Of a stretch of DNA of 64,000 nt, positions 24,996 through 36,874 are shown piece by piece. The first letter of the stretch is position 1, and each line of letters begins with the position of its first letter. Position numbers and translations under genes: made by a program. Source of the stretch: Klebsormidium nitens (lineage: Eukaryota; Plantae; Klebsormidiophyceae); assembly GCA_000708835.1 (NCBI GenBank), contig DF237265.1, positions 1 through 64,000 of the forward strand, in the 5' to 3' direction. Below the pieces are notes generated by a model, which was not told where the DNA came from, ran no database searches, and saw only the letters and a list, made by a program, of their open reading frames with translations.

Positions 24996-26016
24996 GGGAG
25001 AGTACCAATCCAGGCCTAGATAATCCAGGCCCGAAATTTTAGGCTAATCCAGGCCGTTGATACTTCGTACTGTCCGAGACTCTGACACCCTTTCTAAACT
25101 TTCCGCTTCGACTCCGCCCGCGCGCGGCGCCGGTGCCCGGCCTAGCCCATCTACAGGCGAGCAACCCCCGGGGGTCTGTCCTAAAACCTGGACCACCGTA
25201 TATGTACCGGGTACAGCGCCGCTGAATCAGACGGACACCAATTATAGGCTAACAGTTAAGGGGGGATAGTGAAACAGCTACCGTAACAATAAGAGTTACA
25301 AATACAGTCACACTTACATTTCCGATTTAACCGTCGGTTACTGTCACAGTCACAGTTAAATGCAGTCAATCGCCATAGCTGCAACTCCCAACGTACAACC
25401 ATGGTTAGGAACAGTAACAGTCACAGTTACAGGTACAGTTACAGTTACTGTTACAGTTACACTTACACTTACACTTACACTTACTCAAGTTACAGTCACA
25501 GTTACACATCCATAGCTACAGTTACTCGTATTCAAGTATAAGGTTACCGCTAATCTTACAAACAAACCCTACCCTGGTTGACGTTCGGAGTCGCCCGGTA
25601 CGGAAGTAGATGAAACTCAAGAAAAATAATAGTAAGCCCAGATAATAGTAAGGTAACCGTACTGTGACGGGTAGGGTTAGTATGGTGGTTAGGGTGGGTA
25701 CGGGTGCGGAGCGGGTGTTTCATTTAAGGTTAGGGTTTTTAGTGTTAGTCGGAGCTTACTATTATCTTGGCTTACTATTATCTTTCTTGAGAGTTATCGG
25801 AAGTAGGTAGGTACGTATGTGCACTGTGCCGAGCTCGGTTCGTTATTGCGGGGCCGGGGTGCCGGCCCGGGGCCGGAAGATTGGGTCGATCAAGCAGACA
25901 CAGGGAATCCGAATAAAATTCGATTAGGTACAGGGCTCCGGTCAAAAACGTCCGATGAATCGACGGGCCTGGATTTTCCGGGCCTGGATTGTGCGGGCCT
26001 GGATTGGTACTCTCCC
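24996..26016. mobile_element. Non-autonomous Mutator-like DNA transposon (MITE), 1021 bp
   Basis: Perfect 21-bp TIR GGGAGAGTACCAATCCAGGCC, three subterminal AATCCAGGCC repeats at each end, and a 9-bp TSD tgcaccgac (24987-24995) / tgcacggac (26017-26025) with one mismatch. No transposase ORF. Confidence 0.88.
25270..25560. repeat. Degenerate (CAGTTA/CAGTCA/ACTTAC)n hexamer array inside the MITE
   Basis: Many ACAGTTAC/ACAGTCAC units, with perfect (ACTTAC)4 at 25461-25484. Confidence 0.85.
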
Positions 26017-26264
26017 TGCACGGACCCTTCCCCACTAGCGTGCAAAGTAAGTATTTTCCACAGGCACATGCTTGGAACAGTCGCGCCCTTCCTCTCGCCA
26101 GCAAATTGAAGAATGTCGGCTTCCTTCAACCTTGCAAGTTGGAGTTTGTGCAACGTTCATAGCTAGCGAATGGGCCAGGTGAACTTCACAATGCTGATTC
26201 GCAAAGGGTTGATACCCTGTGAAGAGCGTGGGCAGACAAGAAGCGTTGAAGCTCTGGATCCCGA

Positions 26265-29200
26265 ATGGGAAACAAACGTTCTAGTAACCTAGTATGGCTG
26301 CAGCTTTTGACGGTATTGTCGGGTGTACTACTGGGAGGGGCGCTTGTGAAGGCGGCAGAGACCAGTGGGGCGGATGCAAAAGCTTCTTTGGTGAGCTGAT
26401 CAGTAAGAAGCTTGATCACTTTTGGGGATACTTTATGAAGTCCTGTCAGGTGGTCACTGATCGAGCATGTGGGGACATTTCCCCGTTTACTCCATAATAT
26501 CCATACCCCAGGGAAATCATCATATCAGGCCATCATTCCCCATTCAGATCCTGAAAATCGCCCCTTATTGCCTTGATCAGCATGCAGCTCACAGCATTGC
26601 ACTGATCTAGATAGACCAGCTCAGCATGCTCTTAGCAGATTGTGTTTCTGCACAGATCCTGGATGTAGAAACAACACAATATCATTGCAACGATGGGATC
26701 AGTACAGTTCTGAATCACTTTGCCGGTTGCTTCAAAAGTACCTCTTAACTTCAAAGGACAGGTCGTTTTGGGGCAAGCACCAAATGGCCAACTTCCGTTC
26801 ATTCGTTTAGATTCAGAAGACTGGATTTGAGCTTAGAATCTTCGTGCTCCTCTTGCCTTCCAGAGAGCCAACCTCTGACATGGCCACGATGACTCCCATC
26901 AATACGCAACAAGCCTTCAGAATCACTGAATAAACATGGAAGCCCTTCTACCCCCCTTCCTAATCTCAGTCTCCACCCCTGCTGCAGTTTCTGGACTGGC
27001 TCCATGAGGGAGGCGCTGACATCAGCGGGGTGGCCCTGAGTGACTTCATCGACGGCCGTCCTGTGTCCTCCCTGGGCGCGTGTTCCCAGGACGGCATCAG
27101 CTGCTACCGAGGCGTTGTGGCGACACAAGACATCAGCGCGGGAGCGACCGTTGTGTCCATTCCAGTAAGCCGTTGACACAATCACCAGATGATACTCTGG
27201 GCCTCACTTTGCGGACTTGAAATACTGATCTCCAAGACCTGAGCTAGTGGGGCAGTGGGATAAGCATCTGGGCCGCTTTTGTAAGTAGCCGATACGTGGC
27301 AGATAATGGCTTGAATTTTCTAAAGATATCTATTTCAAGGGTTGTGGACTGTCCATACAAATGATAAATGAGGTGGGAAACAGCTGAATGGGCTCTAGGA
27401 TGATGTGGTGTATGTGTGTGGACGCATTGAATGGAGTCTCCACCAAACAGGTTTCTGCGGCCCAAAACTCAAAATTGTCGAAGGTCGAATACCAGGGTAT
27501 CTGGACCAAGCTTGAGAATCAAGTTGGCCCAGGCCGAACTTTACAACCCTTGAGCTTCATGATTGTTATGAATTGCTGGCACAGCTAACCTTTCCCTTTC
27601 TTCTGTCCGAATGGAGTAGGACCATATGCCATCGTTTATTCGCGCAGCATCTTGTCGTCTGCTGAGACCCCCTGTCCCGGCAGAGCTGTAGCTGAACTTG
27701 CTAAAATCGGAGGAAGACATGTGTTTGGAGTTTGTTTACTTGTCTGCATAAGCCAAGACTTCAGCCTTTCATCACGAACAAGAGCAACATTGCCCAGTCG
27801 CCAGAATCTATCTACAGGACCTACTTTTCTGCTAGAAATTCAGTAAAGAAGTTTCCAGTAAGGGTAAACCACCGAATCTCGAGTTTATCCAATTCTGGAC
27901 TATTGGTTTCGGTCTCTTTTGCATGCCAGCCGGAACTTGATCGGGCTAGTGCCATAACGGCACTGACTTTAGCAGAAACTCTATAAGATCACATACTCAG
28001 ATCAGTATGTTAGATATCCGTTTCGGGTTGCGCGAGTCCGAAGTTGGATAATTCCGAAACTCGGTAGTTCACTGTTATCTTTTCTGTCTGCAGCTCAATC
28101 TGGGGGTGTACGACTTCGATGGCGCTGCTGGCTTGCCTGAACCTTATGCAGAGTCTATACCCGAAACTCGACTGGCTGCCTGGCTGTGTCGTCAGAGGTG
28201 AGCGCATTTTCTGCTCAAAGCATCAGAATCGATATTTGGCAGAGCTGCTCCCTTTTGACTCTGGTTAGAAACCACGGGAACCAAGAAACAGTTCCCACAA
28301 AACCAGAACTTGCAAGAATTTTGGTGGAAAGCCAAGTCGGATTCTCTTTTTCTTCAGCTCACATCCTGTGGCAGCGGGTATCAAGCAGGCTCCTTTTATC
28401 TACCTCCGTCACTGACATGTGACCAACGTTCTGAGGAGTTTCTTAGTCATCTTTGTCATAAATCCGCTCTTGCGGGATTTGCACGATTGTATTGTTTTGA
28501 CATGCGTCTCTTTGCACTCGATCATTTTGAGAAACTTCAAAAATCACGTTGTGTGACCTTTTCTGATCAGACTGTCGGTCCCTTGTGTCCAGGTCCCTGG
28601 GCTCGACCTCTCGGTTCGCCCCGTATCTGGACATGCTTCCCAAAGCCATCCCCATGCCGCTGTTCTACCAAAATAAGGTAAGAACTTTCATTTGTTAAGG
28701 AAAGCTTGCAGTTGATGCAGATTGTCACGGTTGGGAGGCTGTAAGGCGTTAAGGCCTTTCAAGTATTTCGGCTTTCAAAGAAGCCATGTCTTCATCCCAG
28801 ATTGCGGCTTGTCCCACCGAAAGCATCCGCGCGGCCCTTTCCTTCAGTTGTTGGTGATTGAACAAGATCGGGTCAACTAGCCCGCGTATCTAGATCCTTC
28901 TTCTCAGCGCCTCTTATCGGGTCGGTTCTTGTTTCCCTAAAGAAGATGGAAAGGGGACCTCGTCATAATCTGGACCGACCCACCGCATTTTCGCAGGAGG
29001 CCGAAGCGGCCGCGCTCCTGCCGTGCCATGCGGGCATGCAGGAGCTGCTGAACTGGACCCGGGACGAGTTCGACAAGAGCAACCCAGATGCGCTGGGGGG
29101 CGCTTCCTTCGTGACCTTCAGTAAGGGGGAGCCTTTGTCTGTTCCTGTTGGCTTGTTTCTGCCACTCTAGATTATAGTGGACCCCTAAAATGGAAACAAT

Positions 29201-31884
29201 GATGAAGTAACTTTGGAGACGGTTCCGCTGGTCTTGAGGGCAATCTGGTTTGAGAAATCTGACTTGCTTTCTTAAGCCGGTTGTCTAGTACGAGGACCCG
29301 TCCGCCAGTGCAAGGAGTTTGATCGGTCGGTGCAGAAACTTTGGTTCGCAGAGGCAACTCAGCGAACCTTCAGTCTAGCAAGACCCCCGTTTCTATTGCG
29401 TCATGTGTTCCCAGCAGCAATTGCTGACGTCGACCGTCTCGTCGCAGACACTGGTTCCTTCACCCAAGGTAGATACCGAGCTTCTCGACTAATGATCCAC
29501 GGAAGACCAATCTTTAGCACCCGGAGAAACTTTCGCTCTCAACTCCATTCTGTTTCCTTGATTGCACCTCCGCAGTTTTCCCAGGTCCGCTTACCTTGTC
29601 ACGCTTTCTGCTTTGCGTTCGCGTCCGTTCGACCAGAATTTTGGAAGCTTCGCATGATCGAGACATATAGCGGGCACATCTTTCTTCCAACCCCGGGTTT
29701 TGCCGGTCTGCAGAGTGGGCGTTCGCCATCGTGCTAAGCCGGACATTCGAGACGCGGGTTCTGCTCGGGGGCTCCGAAGACGGCGCCTTGTCCGCGATGA
29801 TCATGATGCTGCCCTTTGCGGATATGATCAATCACAGCCCCCACAACCAGGTGACGTCAGCAGATTTTTTGGAGAGGCTGCGCCAGGGTCTTATTACTTC
29901 TGCTTTGATGCAGAACAAAGATCGGAAACCTGTTCATTCGTGATATCTTTCGCCTTTTTGTGCGGGTGTGAGTTCTGTTAGACAACCTTCAAACCTCGTT
30001 TCCTGGAAACTCGCACTTTGAGCGCGGTATTCTAGACATGTTGGAACACTCTAATTAGGCAGCATGCGGTCCCAGATTGTGCGTTAGCTGGGAGCTTTTG
30101 TGAATGTCATGCTTTTCGCACGTCAAGCTCCGGATCTTTAAGAGAGTGGGAACGGCCCTCCGACACTGTCCTAGCCCCGCTTCTCTTGTCCCACCGGTTG
30201 GCAGTATCGGCGATGCCTCAGCCCGCGCCTCTAGAAGGAAACAGTGGGCGAACCAGACTGCCCCAAACCGTGAAACAGAACCGAGCGGTCCTTCATCACC
30301 CCTGGAAAACACTCCAACCCGTTTTCTTATTGCAGCTGGTGTGGCAGTTGGACGACGGCGGGCAGCGCTTTGAGATGACCGCGACGCGCGACATCGCGAA
30401 AGGGGAGGAGGTGTTCACGACGTACGGGAGCAAGACCAACGAGCAGTGGCTGCTCTACTACGGTGAGGACACGTGGCGCGCGCGGACACGTGGCGCGCGT
30501 GGCACGCGTCGTACCCGGGGACCTGCCGCATGAATGCATGTGGGGCACAATTGTTGCAGAGTATCGGCCCTGAGCTTGGGGCGTGCAGAAGAGATGGCCT
30601 TCTGCCCTTCGTGAACGTGCGCGCTGCGCAAGAATGTTAAATTATTGGACTGACGGCCTGTTGTCAGCCCAAACAAGCTTTCTATTTGGATTGACAGCTG
30701 TCTGCTCACATGGCAACCGGGCTTCCAGATCTTCGAAGCATGTGTCCTGACCGTGGACCGTTCGATCTTTTCAAGGGCCCATCGTGGGGCTCAAGGCTGC
30801 GCTCCAGACCTAAATTCCGCATCTGGGGGTCAATTTCGCCCCACAATGGTTGTTGCCGTTTATGCATTCATTTGCGCGCAGGCTACGTACCCGAAGACAA
30901 CCCCGCAGACCGGATGCCTCTCTTCGACACCTATGAAGTAAGCTACGGCCGCCTCTTTCTTTCCCGCTCAAAGTGCATCCAACCGATCGGTCACGCTCTT
31001 TTGCCTGCTTTCGCCCCTCAAACCCGCCTTTTGCTTCCCTCGTCGTTGAGTTGACGTCTCTAGCTTCTACCTCAGGACCTCTCGAAAGCACCGAGGCTGT
31101 TGAAGCAGCAAAAGCTAGGTAGATTTTTCAGGCCTTCCAGTCCTTGCTGTCAAAATTGTTTTCGGATTCTCTCGATTATCCGGCTGCGCGAAAATCTGGG
31201 TGCCTCGCGCTCTGGCATCAACCTCGAGACTTTTTAGTTTGTCTGCAAGCTGCGTATGATGTGCCACAATTCCGAGGTGGATCAAGGCTGTCGATTGAAC
31301 CTCTGACAGTACAGAAATGTAATGACGTCACGGGCTGTTGTCTGCAGGACGCAGCAGCCTGGTACATCCAGTCCCGACCGCCACCGCATACCGCGCCGTC
31401 TGCTAAGAAGGTCACTGCCGCTATTGCTGCCGCCGTCAAGGCGGCGCAAGAAACGTTGAGCGATGAAACGGACGAAGGATTAGCCCTTTCAGAAAAGGAA
31501 GCGGACAAACGCTTGTGGGCGATATTTGCGACTCTGTGGGTGCATCTGGATTCAAAGAACGAGTTAGGTTACGCTTGCTCCCAGTCGGTCTCGTTATGGA
31601 GCTTCCGTAGGAGGTCGGAATGCGAAGTGATTGCGGGTTTGGCGGCCCAAAGGGCTCTGATTCGTCTGTACAAAAGCACGTTGGAGAGGTTTGATGAAAG
31701 CGTTGTCAAGCTGAGACGGCAGATTAAGCGGTTTGGAAGGGGAAAGGGCGCTGTATATACGAACTTGCAGGTTTTGGAGAGATATGCGTTGCAAAGGAAG
31801 GAGCTTGTAGAGAGGGCGTTGGCAATTGTTCAACAGGGGGTTGCGGATGAGGAGCTCAAAAGGAAGACTTCCAAGGAACTATGA
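26265..31884 (+). CDS. SET-domain protein lysine methyltransferase, Rubisco-LSMT/SETD3-like family, with N-terminal signal peptide (one apparent frameshift)
   Basis: Exons: 26265-26390, 26988-27164 (FLDWLHEGG...YRGVVATQDISAGATVVSIP), 28094-28197, 28593-28676 (FAPYLDMLP; 1-nt deficit), 28997-29120, 29714-29850 (WAFAIVLSRTF...LPFADMINHS), 30336-30462 (GEEVFTTYGSKTNEQWLLYYG), 30882-30937 (YVPEDNPAD), 31348-31884. Confidence 0.85.
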
Positions 31885-33139
31885 AATGGAAGTAGCGACA
31901 ATGCTTCGATTCTAAAGTTGTAATTTGCCTTAAAGGGTATACCTCGAGGATTTTGTACTCCCAACGGTGGAAGTTGCATAAGAATGAGTCGGACACACGT
32001 ACCAAGTCTGGCGACAACATGCGCACGTGTACGGGACAAGCCAGGCTCCCGCCGCACTGCCGCCATCATGGTGTGTCCGGGCGACCATCAGCGGCTGATT
32101 CGAACGCAGATTATGTGTCCATCAAATTGCGCAACCCTGGCAACGCTAGAACGTTTACCGTTGCGTTGATCGCGAATCGGACCGAATGCAGTTACGTGTG
32201 CCAGTGAGTACACTCTCATATTACCGTGACGTAATACAATGATCGATGAACAATTGATGCTCGGATATGAATTCCTTGCCGGGCCCGGCAGGCTATAGGC
32301 TTGGTAGAATAACATCATATGCAGTTACTGCGCGGATCGTGCATGATGTTGAAATCGATCCCTTTTTAAACGTCCGGCCGGCCGTACGGTCTCCACTGGC
32401 ATGGCCGGGCTGCATGTAGATAAGCCTCCATGGCAATGATACATGGAGATCGATCTTTGACTTTTGATCAATTTGATTCGAATCAATTCGCCGACTACTA
32501 AAGAGCTATCTTACCCGGCGAATGATCATGATATGCTGGCGCAATATGACGCCGTATATATACGCGCGCGTGCAACGGTACACCGTAGTAAATCGATCTA
32601 GCTCATGGTTTCAAAAAAGCTGATTAGTCATATCACCGCTTGAATGCGTCAGACGCGGTTCGCTTCGCAGAGCGCAAGCGCCTAGCTACATGATGGCGCA
32701 GCATCGCAATGAAGGCGACCGGACGCGGCTTCCCTTGAAGGCACGGTCCAATCAAATGAACGTAACCGTACTTAGCTGCATGACGTACGGTGCACTGATT
32801 GAAGAAGCATTTCAGTCGAAGTTGCATATATATTGGATCTACGTCCAATCCTTTCAATATCTGCCAACTTACTGTCATGTATTCTGGGGGACAGGACAAC
32901 CATACCGTACGTTCCGCTCTGGCACTATACGTGTATACATGGCCCTAAGAGCATTGGCATCTGAATTATAATGATTGGACCAAGTTGAAACACACTATGC
33001 AGTTAAAACGCAGAAAATGCGCACTATCATATCGCTGAAATTCTGGATGCTTGCACATGGAGCATGGTACGTGGGGGCGGCATGCTCCCGCTGAGCAAAC
33101 TTCAGAACTGGAGAGACCTATGATAGAGGAGCAGCTGGC

Positions 33140-36100
33140 TCACTTCTTCCTGGACATCAAATATTTTTCTCGTTCCGAGAATCCAATCACTTGCGCGGCC
33201 TTGCAATATGCCTTATGCTCTGGCCAATGAGCTATTTGGCACTCTTTACTACAGTAGTAGACCTGAGCACACTTCGAACACTGCATTTTGAAGTCAGCCG
33301 AACTCCGATTACAGTTTGAACACCCCTTCAGACGACGAGGATTCTCCTCTCCCGGCCTTGAGTTTGGTCCACCTTTGGGCGACTGGCTGCTTTCCATGTT
33401 TCTAGTTTGGTTCTGCGCATACGTTTCTTCGTCGGAGGAACTAACGATCAAGACATGGTTCCTTGCAAAGAACAGACCATCAGCCGAAGTTCGTTTCGCC
33501 ACTCCCGAGTAGCGCAGAAGCACACGGTTTGGAAGAAGATACCTGCATATGTAAATCTCGATCAGCTGGAGCACACGAAAGAGACACCCCTTCAGGGTGA
33601 GTAGTCAAGACAAAGATCCGCCCCGCTTTCCGTAACCGTCAGGTTCAATCCTCTCAAGCCTCTCGCTTGTCTTTTCTGAACATAAACAAGCCAACATTGG
33701 ACACGATAATATATACATACTTGGCTTCTCTACAATTGAGACATGTCACTTGTAACGAAGACAACCCGTTTGAAAGGAAGACCCAACAATAGATCAAATC
33801 ATGTCCAATCAGCGACTTCCAACTCACTTGTTATCTGCAAGCGCTGGCCGACAGGGCCCCGACACGTCGGTCGCTTGCTCAAGCTCCACGTGGCACGTTG
33901 TCAATTTGTTCCCGGTAAACTCTCCAGCGCTTCCCTCGTAGAAGCGCGCTGCAATCCGGCACTTGTCGTCGGTAAAACCCACAGCTGAAAACGTGTTGTC
34001 CTTGACAACCGGTTTCGCCAAACCGGCAACCTGGAAGTGGCAAGCAGGTAATCTTGTTACGATTCATTGATCAGCCACGTTACCCCGCTGTCGCCTCTCA
34101 AAGTTCGATGCTTCGTTTCATAGCAAAAGGAAGAAAGGCTTCCGGATCAATCAGGAAGTATTTTCGAGAGCCACCTGCGAGAGCCATGAGCGTGCTTTTC
34201 TCTCATTTTATCCGAAGCCCCTGTTTCGGACGTTCATGGATGATGCTACGTCATTCACCCTGCGGAGAGGAGGCCACTTCAATTGGCTGGCAGAAGAGGG
34301 AAATTATCATGCTGCGCATCGCCAACAAGAGGCACTGCAGCGTGGATGGTTGATGGAATAGGCAAAACCCACCAGGAGCCCGTTCTCGTGGCCTTCGAGC
34401 TCGTTTTGCGTGAGACGCGGTTCGGCCCGGTCCTCGACCAAGATACCTCCCTGCGATCAGCAACAGCAGTGAGAAAGGGGCCTAAGAAAAATATGAAGAA
34501 GTGCACCGTATATGATGAAGCTTCGGACCGTTGACTGAAGGCTTCGCTTTTCAAAAAGCAGATTGTAGTTCGAGCCATCCAGATCAAAAAAAGGCATGCT
34601 CATTTCATGGCCCCTTCGCACTGTGTTTGACGATTTTGGAACGCACACTCTGTCGTCATGTCACTTGACAGGAGCACAGAGTTCTGCAGATTGCACCTTT
34701 GAGGATTTTACGGCGCCGAGCTAGAAGGAGAGGTTCGTGGCCCTAGAGAAGAGAGCATAGGCGTCCGTCTAGAACGAAAGCCGAGCAGTCGAAACACATA
34801 CTTCATTATGTAGGGCCGACCTGGACAAGAATTCTCACCGGAGAATTGCCAACAAGTCTATTCTTCTTTACTTCCACAGTTGTTTTGCACACACTGCCAG
34901 CGACGCGGATCCCCAAGTTGTCATTGGCCTCGACTGTGTTCTCCTGTAAAAGGGAGAAAGGCAAACAAGACACAAGTCAATTTCGCGTCTTTGAAGCAAA
35001 GGAGACGCCGACTGACTCCCATAGCGGCTCTGGCATTCAGAATCCAATCCCAGCTGTTCTATCAACTCAAAGCCGAGTTACAAGAGTTGTTTGACACTTC
35101 ATTGGTCCTGCTGACGGCTTCACCGAAAGAGTCAAACACATGGCTTGAAGTTACAAGGCTTCGAGCTCAAAAAGGCAAGAAAGCGGTCATCTTCATCCCG
35201 TCACTTGGAAGTGCCTGCCCCCAGAAGCCTTCGTATGGAATAACATCAACAATCAATACGTCCCTCAAAAATGATGCTTAGTACTGAAACATAGACGAAC
35301 ATCAAATTTTTAACTTCTCTGGCTATTTCTCGAAATGATCGATTTTGTAAGGCATGACTCTAAACTTGCCTGCACAAGCGCACAGACAGGCCCTTTCTTG
35401 TGTCGCACCCCAAGTCCCGGCGGTGGGAGCCAGGCGCGCATGGCAATTCCGTGCTCTTTGTTGTGATGGATGTGGTTCTTGCTGAGGGTGCCCCGACAGG
35501 GCCCAGCAAGACGCACCTGCAAGTGACAGCCCAACTCTGCAGGTCGTGTCCCGTTCATAAGAGAGGAGCAACAAAACCATTCTTACTCAAAGGATGCGCT
35601 TTCATCCTTGTGACGGTCAAAGTCAGTGCTCGTGCGGAGCTCTAAACCTTGAGCACAATCTTCTGTGCCAGTTTTTCTGAGGAACCGAGAGAATTTTAAG
35701 TTGTCCTGACCAGCAACATGAGTGTCGATAGGAAGCAAGTAACCCCAGATCCACTTGGCGGTCTTGATTTTCCATTCACTTGTGATCGATTGAATGGATC
35801 AGGCTAGTGCACAATCATAGATAATAAGAAAGCATCAAATCAGAGTCAAACGATCCGGAGACTGCTTCTCTCGGCTTACCCCATCACGATGATTGTGGTG
35901 TATGTTGTTAGAGACCATCGTGGCTGTGCCTCCTTCGCTGATGTACACACCGCTGCTGCAGTTGGTGATCTCATTGTTCTTCAAGACACACATGCCCCGC
36001 GTGCGCACTTCGACCCCATCGCCACCTGTTTGAGCAAAGAAAAGTGGGTACGGATGATGGTTAGTCAGGCCTGACGGCATGGGGACGGCATTGGGGCTGC

Positions 36101-36874
36101 CAATTTCAGATTACTGATGAAGTTTCCAATTCCACGTTGGTGATAAACCATTCTCTATTCCCCCTCAGTTAAAGAACTGATCACAAGGAGAGGAAGGCCT
36201 CTATTTTCAATGCAGCTTCATGGCGCTTCACAACCGTCAAGTATACACCAAAAGAAATGTTGTTGGAGCACTTACCACCCCTGAGAATCCGATTGGAGTC
36301 AAGAATGGCGTGCCCCTCTTCTCGTACGAAGACACCACCGCCGTGTGCCCCGTATATGATGTTTCCTTTGATGGTTGCAGTACTCTTCAAGTTTGCAGTC
36401 CCCTCAACTTCTTCAGCGGACCCATCAAGATATACACCGACTGCTGAGAGCTTCCCCCGCCCATAGATGATGCAGTCTTCCAGTGAGACACTTCCAAACA
36501 GAATTGTCACCGTATACTTTTTCTTTCACATTTGATGCGAGACAGAAAGTCAGATTTGAGACCGTCCCATTCTTCACAAAGGACGTAAGGGCGTTGAAAT
36601 CCTCATTCTGTCCTTCGACAATAGTATCCTCCTTGCTCTCACCCACAATACATATGCCGTCGTGAAAGAGTGCCATAATCTGAATGCTCTCCTTATACAC
36701 ACCCCTCGGAATGAACACGGTTTCGCCATGCCGCCAGCTCTCAATTGCTTTTGCGATATTCCCAAACTTTTGCCTAATCGTGCCGTTTTCGGACTTCAGC
36801 AGAACCTTCTTTCCAAATGGAAGACCCTTGGCATAGTGGTGTTGCGCATCCTCTGCAATGGGCGCTGACTCCAT
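33140..36874 (-). CDS. Right-handed parallel beta-helix (pectin-lyase-like) repeat protein with C-terminal MYND zinc finger (one apparent frameshift)
   Basis: Exons: 36276-36874 (NIAKAIE...VFIPRGVYKESI...IVGESKEDTIVEG; frame break at 36518-36522), 35880-36025, 35370-35516, 34839-34943, 34373-34450, 33828-34030, 33140-33542 (CSNC...CSKCAQVYYCSKECQIAHWPEHKAYC). Beta-helix repeats of the xNxIxxNxxGV type occur in every middle exon, and phases match. Confidence 0.85.

Noticed and set aside
25270-25560. Repeat array as a CRISPR-like locus
   Set aside because: It consists of degenerate hexamers with no repeat-spacer structure, no cas genes, and a eukaryotic context.
26294-26497. ORF-track ORF MAAAFDG... 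as first exon of the SET gene
   Set aside because: At the strong GTGAG donor (26391) it is phase 1, which is incompatible with the phase-0 exon at 26988. The frame from ATG 26265 fits.
34283-34534. Plus-strand protein-like ORF
   Set aside because: It is the antisense shadow of beta-helix exon 34373-34450.
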